44,770 bases of DNA, taken from contig JAKPZB010000068.1 in assembly GCA_029560215.1 (NCBI GenBank), positions 1 through 44,770 on the forward strand, in the 5' to 3' direction. Positions 17,350 through 24,808 of the stretch are shown here, piece by piece (the stretch's first letter is position 1; each line of letters opens with the position of its first letter). The position numbers and the translations under genes are program-made. Source of the stretch: Methanobacteriota archaeon (GTDB lineage Archaea > Thermoplasmatota > Thermoplasmata > Methanomassiliicoccales > UBA472). The notes beneath the pieces were generated by a model. That model was not told where the DNA came from. It made no database searches and saw nothing but the letters and a program-made list of their open reading frames with translations.

Positions 17350-18019
17350 GCTCCGCACCCCGGTCATAATCGTCAACTTCAAGGTCTACTCCGAGGTGGA
17401 GGGGCCTGGAGCAGTTCGACTGGCCAAGGACTGCGAGTCCGTGGCTCTGGTCAAGAAGGCCAGCATCGTCGTCTGTCCCCCGATGGTGGAGCTTTCCAAG
17501 GTGGCCTCCGCGGTCACCATCCCGGTTTTCTCCCAGCATACCGACAACAAGAATCCAGGTTCCATAACCGGCTACGTCTCTCCGCAGAGCGTCAAGGCCG
17601 CGGGAGCGAGAGGAACTCTCATAAACCATGCCGAGCACCGCATGGCTTCGCCGGACATCGCCGCCGCGGTCGAGTCCTGCCGGAAGCTGGGGCTGATCAG
17701 CGTGATCTGCACGGACACCGCCGAGACGTCCGCGGCCATGGCCGCCTTCTCTCCCGATTTCATCGCCGTGGAGCCACCGGAGCTCATCGGCGGGGACATC
17801 TCGGTCACCACCGCCGATCCAGCGATCGTGTCGCGCACCGTGGAGATGGTGCGGGCGGTCGACCCCGAGGTCAAGGTGCTGTGCGGGGCCGGCGTCAAGA
17901 ACGGCAGGGACGTCCGAGCGGCGTTGGACCTGGGCGCCTCGGGAGTTCTTCTGGCCTCTGGCGTGGTCAAGGCCAGGGACGTCAAGGCCGCGCTGCAGGA
18001 CCTGGTCTCCGCCCTCTGA
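17342..18019 (+). CDS. tpiA: Triosephosphate isomerase, archaeal short type
   Basis: IIVNFKVY and LINHAEHR blocks, 225 aa. The TTG start overlaps the fbp stop by 8 nt (coupled gluconeogenic pair). Confidence 0.9.
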   Translation: MTELRTPVIIVNFKVYSEVEGPGAVRLAKDCESVALVKKASIVVCPPMVELSKVASAVTIPVFSQHTDNKNPGSITGYVSPQSVKAAGARGTLINHAEHRMASPDIAAAVESCRKLGLISVICTDTAETSAAMAAFSPDFIAVEPPELIGGDISVTTADPAIVSRTVEMVRAVDPEVKVLCGAGVKNGRDVRAALDLGASGVLLASGVVKARDVKAALQDLVSAL

Positions 18020-18070
18020 AGACTTATTGCATCGCAAAGTCGCTTCTCCCTTGGCGACCGCTCGTTCATC

Positions 18071-20020
18071 GTGCGCGCGGTTCTCTGCTTTACAATCGTA
18101 ATGGTGATCCTGCTGGCGATGCCGATGATGCCCGCGGGGGCTTCAGGCTTCGAGAACGAAGGGGGCGTGATGGTCACACGGGTATGCGCGTCCTACCCGG
18201 GCGAGTTCATCACCCTGACCAATCATGGACCTTCCCGGGACATCGGAGGATGGCGGCTCAGCGACGGTGAGGGAAGCATCGTCATAAACGGCTCCCTGGT
18301 CCTTCCCGCCGGCGGAAGCTTCACCTGGTGCGCCCCTGGCTCCTTCTTCCCCGAGCTATATCCGGAGGAAATGCGAGCGTCGAACGGCGATCCCTCGGTG
18401 GTCTCCAAAGGAAATATGAAGTTGGCCGACGCCGGCGACCAGGTTTACCTTTTCGATGCGAACGGCACGCTGCGGGACCTGGTCTGCTACGGCAACGTGG
18501 AACCGCAGCCTCCCTGGACCGGTCCGCCGGCAACCCTCAAGAAAGGCAGCGTCCTGGTCAGGACCGCCGGCGGGAACGGTCCGGAGAACTGGGAGATGGC
18601 CGTTCCCGGGCTGTTCTCGGTCTCCTCTCCGCCGATCCCGGCCCAGGTCGTTCCGCTGCTCTACCCCGACGACGCCTTGCCCGAGCTTATCAGGCAGATC
18701 GACCTTTCGCGTAACAGCATCGAACTGGCCTGCTATCTGGTGGAGAACTGGACCTTGGCCAGGCATCTGGCCGGAGCCTCCGCCCGCGGGGTGAAGGTGA
18801 CGGTCCTGCTGGAAGGAAGGCCGGTCGGCGGCGTATCCGTTAACGGGGCGGCCATAGCCTATCACCTGCAGGATTCGGGGGCGGAGGTCTGGACCATGCG
18901 TTCGGCCGATTCCTTCCGGCGCTACGACTATCTGCACGCCAAATACGTCGTCTTCGATCGGGAGCGCCTGTTCGTGGCCTCGGAGAACATGGCCGATTCC
19001 AGCTTCGGCAGCAACCGCGGCTGGGCGGTACTGGTCGAAAGCGCGCGGATATGCTCCTACGCCGAGGACGTTTTCCGAAGGGACCTCGCCGCCCAGGGGG
19101 TCGACGTGTTTCCCCTGAACACCAGTCTGGCCAGGGCCGAGGGGGGTCCCGGTCGGCTGCTCGGGGTGATGCCTCCCGCTCCCGCGGCATATCCCGCGAA
19201 CGCCTCGCTGCTGACCTCGCCCTACGGCCTGCAGGACGAGCTCGTGAAGGTCATCTCCGGAGCTCAGGAGCGCGTGCTGGTCCAGCAGATGCGCATCGAA
19301 GAGGATTGGCTGGACGGTTCGCCGGTAATTTCCGCTCTGCTCTCGGCGGCCGAGCGGGGCGTGAAGGTGCGGGTCCAGCTCGATTCGGGCCTCGGCACCG
19401 AAGAGGGGAACTCCCTGGTCGCGGAAACGCTCGAGCAGCGGGCGAGGGAGGAACGTTGGGACCTGGAGTGCCGCCTGACCGGCGACCTCTCCCCGTTCGG
19501 AAGGCTGCACAACAAGGGGGTGATCGTCGACGACACGGTGGTGGTGGGGAGCGCCAACTGGGTGGACGGCTCGATGGAGCGCAACCGGGAGATGGCGGTG
19601 GTGCTCCGCTCGGCGGAACTGGCCGATATCTTCGTTCAATGGTTCGAGGAGGATTGGAAAGGCGACGCCTCGCCTCCGGTCATCGTCCTGCCGTGGCATT
19701 ACACGGAAGCCATCGCCGGCGAACCGGTCGTCCTGGACGCCACCGGGTGTTACGACGGCTCCGGGGTGGCGAACGTCACCTGGGACCTGGATGGTGATGG
19801 CCTCGCGGACCTCTGGGGTCCGATGCAGGTGATGACCCTGAGGGAGGGGCAGCATAACATCACCCTGCGGGTGGAGGACTCGCTGGGCAATGTTGCCTCG
19901 GACCACATCATCGTATACGTGAAAGCGTCCTCGACGGCAACGGTCCCCTGGCTTCTTTACGCGCCTTTACCCCTGATCTTTTCGTTCATCCTGCTCAGGA
20001 GGTGGAGCAGAAGGCTTTAG
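18071..20020 (+). CDS. Secreted, membrane-anchored PLD-superfamily enzyme with lamin-tail, 2x HKD and PKD domains
   Basis: GTG start and a signal peptide (..LLAMPMMPAGASG). Lamin-tail-like segment: ITLTNHGPSRDIGGWRLSDGEGS. HKD motifs: HAKYVVFDRERLFVASEN and HNKGVIVDDTVVVGSAN. PKD-like segment: VTWDLDGDG..ITLRVEDSLGN. C-terminal TM followed by RRWSRRL. Confidence 0.8.
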   Translation: MRAVLCFTIVMVILLAMPMMPAGASGFENEGGVMVTRVCASYPGEFITLTNHGPSRDIGGWRLSDGEGSIVINGSLVLPAGGSFTWCAPGSFFPELYPEEMRASNGDPSVVSKGNMKLADAGDQVYLFDANGTLRDLVCYGNVEPQPPWTGPPATLKKGSVLVRTAGGNGPENWEMAVPGLFSVSSPPIPAQVVPLLYPDDALPELIRQIDLSRNSIELACYLVENWTLARHLAGASARGVKVTVLLEGRPVGGVSVNGAAIAYHLQDSGAEVWTMRSADSFRRYDYLHAKYVVFDRERLFVASENMADSSFGSNRGWAVLVESARICSYAEDVFRRDLAAQGVDVFPLNTSLARAEGGPGRLLGVMPPAPAAYPANASLLTSPYGLQDELVKVISGAQERVLVQQMRIEEDWLDGSPVISALLSAAERGVKVRVQLDSGLGTEEGNSLVAETLEQRAREERWDLECRLTGDLSPFGRLHNKGVIVDDTVVVGSANWVDGSMERNREMAVVLRSAELADIFVQWFEEDWKGDASPPVIVLPWHYTEAIAGEPVVLDATGCYDGSGVANVTWDLDGDGLADLWGPMQVMTLREGQHNITLRVEDSLGNVASDHIIVYVKASSTATVPWLLYAPLPLIFSFILLRRWSRRL

Positions 20021-20044
20021 TTAGGCGAACGGGATTCGGCGGCG

Positions 20045-20479
20045 TTGCAATTACGTCACTACCAGAACCGGGACCTGGCCGACGTTTGGCAGGTCGCCTC
20101 GGAATCGCTCCGAGAGCGGTACGACCCCACCATCTTCACCCAGCTGGTGCCCTTCTGGCCTGACGGTCTATTGGTCATCGAGGACCTGGGAAGGGTGGTG
20201 GCCTTCGTCTTCGGGATCATGAGCGGGCCGCAACAGGCCCGGGTGCTCATGCTGGCGGTGGACCGCGGCTACCGGGGCGCCGGGCTCGGAACGCTCCTTA
20301 CGCAGGAGTTCTTCCGGGAGTGCGGTAATAAGGGCATCAGGCAGGTCTCCCTGGAGGTCAGGGCCAGCAACGTCGGGGCGCAGCGCTTCTATCAGCGTTT
20401 GGGCTTCTTCGCGGTCCGTCGCGTCTCCGGGTACTACTCGGACGGGGAGGACGGGATCCTCCTGCTCCGCTACCTCTAG
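20045..20479 (+). CDS. rimI: GNAT N-acetyltransferase, RimI-like
   Basis: 144 aa with the acetyl-CoA motif VDRGYRGAGLGTLL. TTG start. Confidence 0.75.
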   Translation: MQLRHYQNRDLADVWQVASESLRERYDPTIFTQLVPFWPDGLLVIEDLGRVVAFVFGIMSGPQQARVLMLAVDRGYRGAGLGTLLTQEFFRECGNKGIRQVSLEVRASNVGAQRFYQRLGFFAVRRVSGYYSDGEDGILLLRYL

Positions 20480-21987
20480 TGGAACATGGAGTCCTTGGTC
20501 TCGTTCCAGAAGTAATAGGGCGATTTCTCCTTCTGCGCCGAGGATATGTCCGTTCCCAGGCCCTTGGTGTAGGAACCATAGCGGTCCTTGATCTGCTCCT
20601 CGGCGCTCTTGCTCCGCTCCACCGCCTTGGCGATGTGCGCCGCCGTGATCATGGGAGCGTTCTCCACCATGGCCAGGTCACCCGCGGCGCGGATCAGCCC
20701 GCCCAGCTCCCTCAGCCGGAGCGTCAGGGCGTTGTTGATGTTGTCGACCTTGACCGCCCTGGCCCTGGCCTCCTTGATTATCGCCTCGATGGCCGAGGCG
20801 TCGGCGTGAGGTATCCGCCCGTCGGAGACGATCTCCTGGGCGATGAACTGGACCAGCCGGCCGCGGTTCTCCTCGGTGTCGGGCATGGCGGTGTTGACCA
20901 GCACCTCGTAGCCGTTGCCGCAGACGCGGGAGCGCAGCGGCGACAGAACCTGCTCAAGGTCCTGGATGTTGCAGGCGCCCACGAAAATGAAGTTGCAGGG
21001 CACGTTCTCCACTTTTACTGAGGCTCCGGCGCTCTGCGGGTTGCGGCCGGATATCGGGAAGCGCCTTTCCTGCATGGCGGTCAGGATGAACCTTTGGAGA
21101 TGCCCCAGATGAGGGAGCTCGTCGATGAACAGCACGCCCTCGTGCGCCTCGTGGATGGCTCCCGGGACGACGCGGTCGTACGGCTGCGTTCCCAGCTGGG
21201 CGTGACCTCCGTACGGGTCGTGACGAACGTCGCCAAGAAGCTCGGTCTCCGAGGATCCGGTGGCCAGGACGAACGGGTTGCGGTCCAGGCGCACGATGAC
21301 CTTGCGGGGGGATTGCTTCTCCCAGTCCCTGCGCTTCTCCAGGGCGTCCTGGTCCAGCAGCCGGATCATCTCGCCGCATCTTTCGAAGACCACCACCTCC
21401 TCCTTCCCGAAGCGGGTGCGGGTGGTGGTCACTCGTTCCTTACCGGCCGTTCCGGTGAGACCGGCGGCGTTCATCTGTTCGAAAAGGCCGCTCATCAGAT
21501 CCCCGAACGGATTGTTGGCGGCGACGTCCGCGCCCTTGCCCTTCTGGCACTTGGGGCAGATACGTTCCTTTGGAGAGGAATAGGCGCCGCAGTTGCGGCA
21601 CCGGTAGCCCAAGCGCTCGGTGACGTTCACCGGAGCGTTCTTGGGCTCGATGAGCTCGCCCTCGGCGAACTCCTTGGTCTTTGACTCGGAACTGACCTCG
21701 TCCGCGTTCTTCACTTCTACCAGAGGTCGCTCCGGGTTCTCCGGGTTGTGCACCACTCGGATCTCCTGAGTGGGGCGGGAAAGGTGCAACGCCAGGGCCT
21801 GCGCGATCATGGACTTGCCCGTTCCGGGCGGTCCCACCAGCAGCAGGTGCCGGCGTTGCTTGGCGGCTATGCGGGCCAGGGTCACGGCCTCCTCCTGGCC
21901 GATCACCCGGAGAAGGGGATCGGCGGGTATGGAGACCTGGGCGGTGCTCTCCAAGCTCCGCCAATCCACCCTGTCCGCGCCGCTCAT
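20476..21987 (-). CDS. LonB-like AAA+ ATPase module without TM hairpin or protease domain, with a zinc-ribbon insertion
   Basis: VIGQEEAV..LLLVGPPGTGKSM (Walker A), NPENPERP, GVLFIDELPHL (Walker B) and the lid LTLRLRELGGLIRAAGDLA, all LonB-like. CRNCG..x..CPKC is inserted between Walker A and B. The ORF ends right after the AAA+ lid. It starts 3 nt downstream of dnaG. Confidence 0.75.
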   Translation of the reverse strand: MSGADRVDWRSLESTAQVSIPADPLLRVIGQEEAVTLARIAAKQRRHLLLVGPPGTGKSMIAQALALHLSRPTQEIRVVHNPENPERPLVEVKNADEVSSESKTKEFAEGELIEPKNAPVNVTERLGYRCRNCGAYSSPKERICPKCQKGKGADVAANNPFGDLMSGLFEQMNAAGLTGTAGKERVTTTRTRFGKEEVVVFERCGEMIRLLDQDALEKRRDWEKQSPRKVIVRLDRNPFVLATGSSETELLGDVRHDPYGGHAQLGTQPYDRVVPGAIHEAHEGVLFIDELPHLGHLQRFILTAMQERRFPISGRNPQSAGASVKVENVPCNFIFVGACNIQDLEQVLSPLRSRVCGNGYEVLVNTAMPDTEENRGRLVQFIAQEIVSDGRIPHADASAIEAIIKEARARAVKVDNINNALTLRLRELGGLIRAAGDLAMVENAPMITAAHIAKAVERSKSAEEQIKDRYGSYTKGLGTDISSAQKEKSPYYFWNETKDSMFH

Positions 21988-21989
21988 GT

Positions 21990-23495
21990 TCAGTTCAGGT
22001 CGTCCTTGGACCAGACGTCGGTCCCGGCCGGCTGCTTGGTGATGTTGCCCATCTTAGTGCCGACTATGGTACCGATCTTCAGGTCGGAGGCCAGGTCCAG
22101 TATCCTCTGGGTTATGATGCCGTCGAAGACGACCGCGGACACCGGGTCCTTCTCCTCCTTCAGGGTGTTGACCAGCTCCTTCACCGTCACTTCCTTCATG
22201 ATCCCGCCCATGGCGTCGATGATGCGGGCCTTGGAGGTAGAGGACAGATCGTTTATCATGCCCTTGAACTTCTCCTGCGCGCCGGAGAGCTGCTTGCGGG
22301 AAACGGGCTTCCGCTCCTCGAGCTCCTTCTCCTCCACGGGGGGTCGTTCCTGCCGGTCGGCCCGGGGCTCGCGCTCCTGGCGCGGCTCCCTCTCCTGGCG
22401 GGGCTCCTCGCGTTCCCTCCGCTCCTGGCGAGGCTCGCGCTCGCGGCGCTCCTGCCTCTCCTGGCGCGGCTCCCTCGGTTCCCTCTCCTGGCGGGGCTCC
22501 TCGCGCTCCCGGCGTTCCAGGCGGGGTTCGTGCTCGGCCTTCGGCTCCTCTTCCTTTTCCTTCTCGCGGTCCGCCTTCTCGGCCTTCTCGAAGCGTTCCA
22601 GCTTCTCGGCCTTGTTGACGCTGGGCTCCAGTCTCTTCTCCTTGTCCTTGCCCTCTCCGACATCCAGGTTGAACATCTCGATGAACTGGTCGCCGGGGAT
22701 CTTGTTCCGCAGGCACTTCATGATCTGCTTCTGGGTGAGCTCTTCCACCTCGTGGGCGCGCGGGGCGCGGGCAACGAAGTCGACCTCGGCCACCTGGAAC
22801 AGCTCGCGCAGGATCAGTTCCCCGCCGCGATCGCCGTCGACGAAGGCGGTGATGACCCGCTCCTTGCTGAGGTCCATGATGGTCTTGGGAACGTTGGTTC
22901 CCTCCACGGCGATAGCGTTCTTGATGCCCGACTTGAGCAGGTTCAGCACGTCGGAGCGGCCCTCCACCACGATGATGGCGTCGGACTCGGCGACGTTCGG
23001 TCCTGCCGGCAGGCGGTCCTTGCCGTAGTAGGTTATCTCTTCCACCTGGACGGACTGGCGCACGCTCTCGGTGAGGTCGATCCCGGAGGTCTTGGACTGC
23101 TTTATGAGCTCGGTCAAAAGCTCCCTGGCCCTCTCGATGATCTTCTCGCGCTTGACGACGCGCACGTCCTCGATGGACTCCACGTTGATCTTGGCCTTGC
23201 ACGGGCCCACCCGGTCGATGGTCTCCAGCGCGGAAGCCAGGATGACGGTCTCCACTTGGTCTAAGCTAGATGGTATCAGTATCTGTCCTTCGGACTTGCC
23301 CTGCCGGGAGTGGACGTCCACCTCGATCCTGCCGATCCTGCCGCTCTTCTGCAGGTCCCTCAGGTCGAGCTCGTCGCCCAACAATCCCTCGGTCTGCCCG
23401 AATATCGCTCCCACCACGTCCGGTTTTTCGACAATGCCGTCAGCGTTAAGCTTGGCCTTGACCAGATACTTGGTGGTGCTTGGGTCAATGTTCAT
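21990..23495 (-). CDS. dnaG: Archaeal DnaG-type primase (TOPRIM) with a charged repeat insertion
   Basis: N-terminal YLVKAKLNADGIVEKPDVVGAIFGQTEGLLG signature and TOPRIM IIVVEGRSD..FVDGDRGG. SD GAGGTGAT lies upstream of the ATG. Confidence 0.9.
   Translation of the reverse strand: MNIDPSTTKYLVKAKLNADGIVEKPDVVGAIFGQTEGLLGDELDLRDLQKSGRIGRIEVDVHSRQGKSEGQILIPSSLDQVETVILASALETIDRVGPCKAKINVESIEDVRVVKREKIIERARELLTELIKQSKTSGIDLTESVRQSVQVEEITYYGKDRLPAGPNVAESDAIIVVEGRSDVLNLLKSGIKNAIAVEGTNVPKTIMDLSKERVITAFVDGDRGGELILRELFQVAEVDFVARAPRAHEVEELTQKQIMKCLRNKIPGDQFIEMFNLDVGEGKDKEKRLEPSVNKAEKLERFEKAEKADREKEKEEEPKAEHEPRLERREREEPRQEREPREPRQERQERREREPRQERREREEPRQEREPRQEREPRADRQERPPVEEKELEERKPVSRKQLSGAQEKFKGMINDLSSTSKARIIDAMGGIMKEVTVKELVNTLKEEKDPVSAVVFDGIITQRILDLASDLKIGTIVGTKMGNITKQPAGTDVWSKDDLN
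22341..22520 (-). repeat. In-frame imperfect tandem repeat (about 18-nt units) encoding (E/R)EPRQER-type repeats inside dnaG
   Basis: Peptide ERREREEPRQEREPREPRQERQERREREPRQERREREEPRQEREPRQEREPRADRQER. The nucleotide motif ctcctggcg(n)ggctc recurs. Confidence 0.75.
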
Positions 23496-23769
23496 CTTAT
23501 CACCTCTGTCGAGCTGGAAAAGGAGAATGGCTTTCGCACACCAAGGTCCACTATGCCCATCAAGACCAATGTCCTGACGAACCTGAACGGGTTTTCCATC
23601 CGTTACCCGGCCGTAGCTGGCCGCGCGATGAAAGGGTGATAGTGATCATGTGATATAGGAAAGCCCGGCTCATTTTCCAGGCTTTGATTGACAGTACCTT
23701 AAAAATTCATGACCTTTATATACTTTATGTCTCGACGAACGCTCGGTGAGAAATCTGGCGTCGGGGCCG

Positions 23770-23979
23770 TCAGCCGCCCGAGGCCACCTTGACGATCCGC
23801 AGCTGGTCTCCGTTGAGCAGGGGGGAGTCCACCGGCACCGGGGTCTTGCCGCGGACCACGATGTGCGCGTCCGGGTACAGGCCCAGGGAATCGAGCATCG
23901 CCTCCACCGTGGAACCTTCCGGAAGGCGCATCTCCTTGGCCTTTCGATCGACCTCCACCGTAAGCACGATATCGCTCAT
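23770..23979 (-). CDS. ThiS/MoaD-fold ubiquitin-like small modifier (SAMP-like) ending in Gly-Gly
   Basis: 69 aa. The C-terminus ..LNGDQLRIVKVASGG lies directly before the stop. Start taken at the ATG of MSDIV; the track start at 23997 is TTG. Confidence 0.75.
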   Translation of the reverse strand: MSDIVLTVEVDRKAKEMRLPEGSTVEAMLDSLGLYPDAHIVVRGKTPVPVDSPLLNGDQLRIVKVASGG

Positions 23980-24069
23980 CGGCACGTTCAAGCGCAACGG
24001 TCAATTAATCCTTTTTGTTCCAAAAGGACATCCTTTCCTGAATCGCCCGTTCCATTCAAAATCGTCAAG

Positions 24070-24079
24070 TTTGAAATAT
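24070..24079 (+). promoter_or_regulatory. TATA-like box TTTGAAATAT for the tRNA-Ser gene
   Basis: Centred about 27 nt upstream of tRNA position 1, the canonical archaeal spacing. Confidence 0.4.
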
Positions 24080-24101
24080 GAGCAGGGAAATGCCCATGCA
24101 A

Positions 24102-24208
24102 GCCAAGGTAGCCTAGTCCGGAAAGGCGGTAGCCTCGAATCGGCCACAGGCCGAAGGGACAGCTACTGACTTCACGTCTCGGGAGTTCAAATCTCCTCCT
24201 TGGCGCCA
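24102..24208 (+). tRNA. tRNA-Ser (anticodon CGA) with a 21-nt intron at the canonical 37/38 site (24140-24160) and an encoded CCA
   Basis: Folded by hand. Acceptor GCCAAGG/CCTTGGC, D stem GCCT/AGGC, anticodon stem GTAGC/GCTAC, loop CT-CGA-A|intron|A. A 14-nt variable arm marks a type II tRNA. T arm GGGAG-TTCAAAT-CTCCT, discriminator G, CCA. Confidence 0.85.
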
Positions 24209-24212
24209 CTTT

Positions 24213-24767
24213 TCACACGATGCCTTTGAAGAACCCTGGTCCGAGGAGCCGTTCCTGAATGTCGTTGGCGAAGGCCTCGGCCACCTGATAATAGCTCTTC
24301 CCGAACTCCCTCTCCATGAACCTCTCGTACTGCACGTGGACCTTGGCGTCGGTCTCCAGCTGCAGCAGGTTCTCGATGACCGGGAAGACCTGGTTCTCCT
24401 CCTCGCAGATGTGCACCGTCATATGTTCGACGAGCTTGCGCGCCTCCCTTTCCGCCTTGGGCACGTCGTCATCTTCCAGGGCTTTAAGCGCGCTCCTCAT
24501 CATCCGCCGGGCCTGGGCGTGCTCCTTCTTCAGCCTGGCAAACGTTTCCGCCACCTTGGGGCACTCCTCGGCCGCCGCGGGAAAGAGGAACCTCTCCTCC
24601 TTGGCATGATGGAACCTATCCAAGAATTGCTCGAGGAAGGCCATCGCCTCTTGGAACTCGGCGGGATGCCTTTCCGCCCGGTGGGAGCGGAGCAGCTCTC
24701 CCACCACGTCCAGGACCTGACGGACGATACCGTGGTCGTATTGAAGGAGGGTCACCGAGATCCTCAT
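24213..24767 (-). CDS. Hemerythrin-like (HHE cation-binding) domain protein
   Basis: 184 aa with paired His/Glu motifs (FHHAKEERFLFP, KKEHAQ, HMTVHICEEENQVFP). Confidence 0.8.
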   Translation of the reverse strand: MRISVTLLQYDHGIVRQVLDVVGELLRSHRAERHPAEFQEAMAFLEQFLDRFHHAKEERFLFPAAAEECPKVAETFARLKKEHAQARRMMRSALKALEDDDVPKAEREARKLVEHMTVHICEEENQVFPVIENLLQLETDAKVHVQYERFMEREFGKSYYQVAEAFANDIQERLLGPGFFKGIV

Positions 24768-24808
24768 GCTGGAAACTAGGGACGCACACCTTATTATTGA
24801 TTTGGCCC

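Noticed and set aside
16204-17382. 392-aa minus-strand ORF spanning the whole fbp gene
   Set aside because: This is a mirror-frame artefact of a GC-rich gene. The translation is low-complexity (G/A/L/H/D/V-rich) with no motifs, whereas the plus-strand frame is an unmistakable class V FBP aldolase/phosphatase.
22341-22520. Possible CRISPR-like array, because of the short tandem repeats
   Set aside because: The units are about 18 nt, contiguous with no spacers, in frame inside dnaG, and imperfect. This is not CRISPR architecture.
21748-23028. 426-aa plus-strand ORF with striking SWRGS/SRS repeats
   Set aside because: It is the antisense reading of the dnaG EPRQER tandem repeat and the Lon-like gene start, so the repeats are a by-product of the sense-strand repeat.
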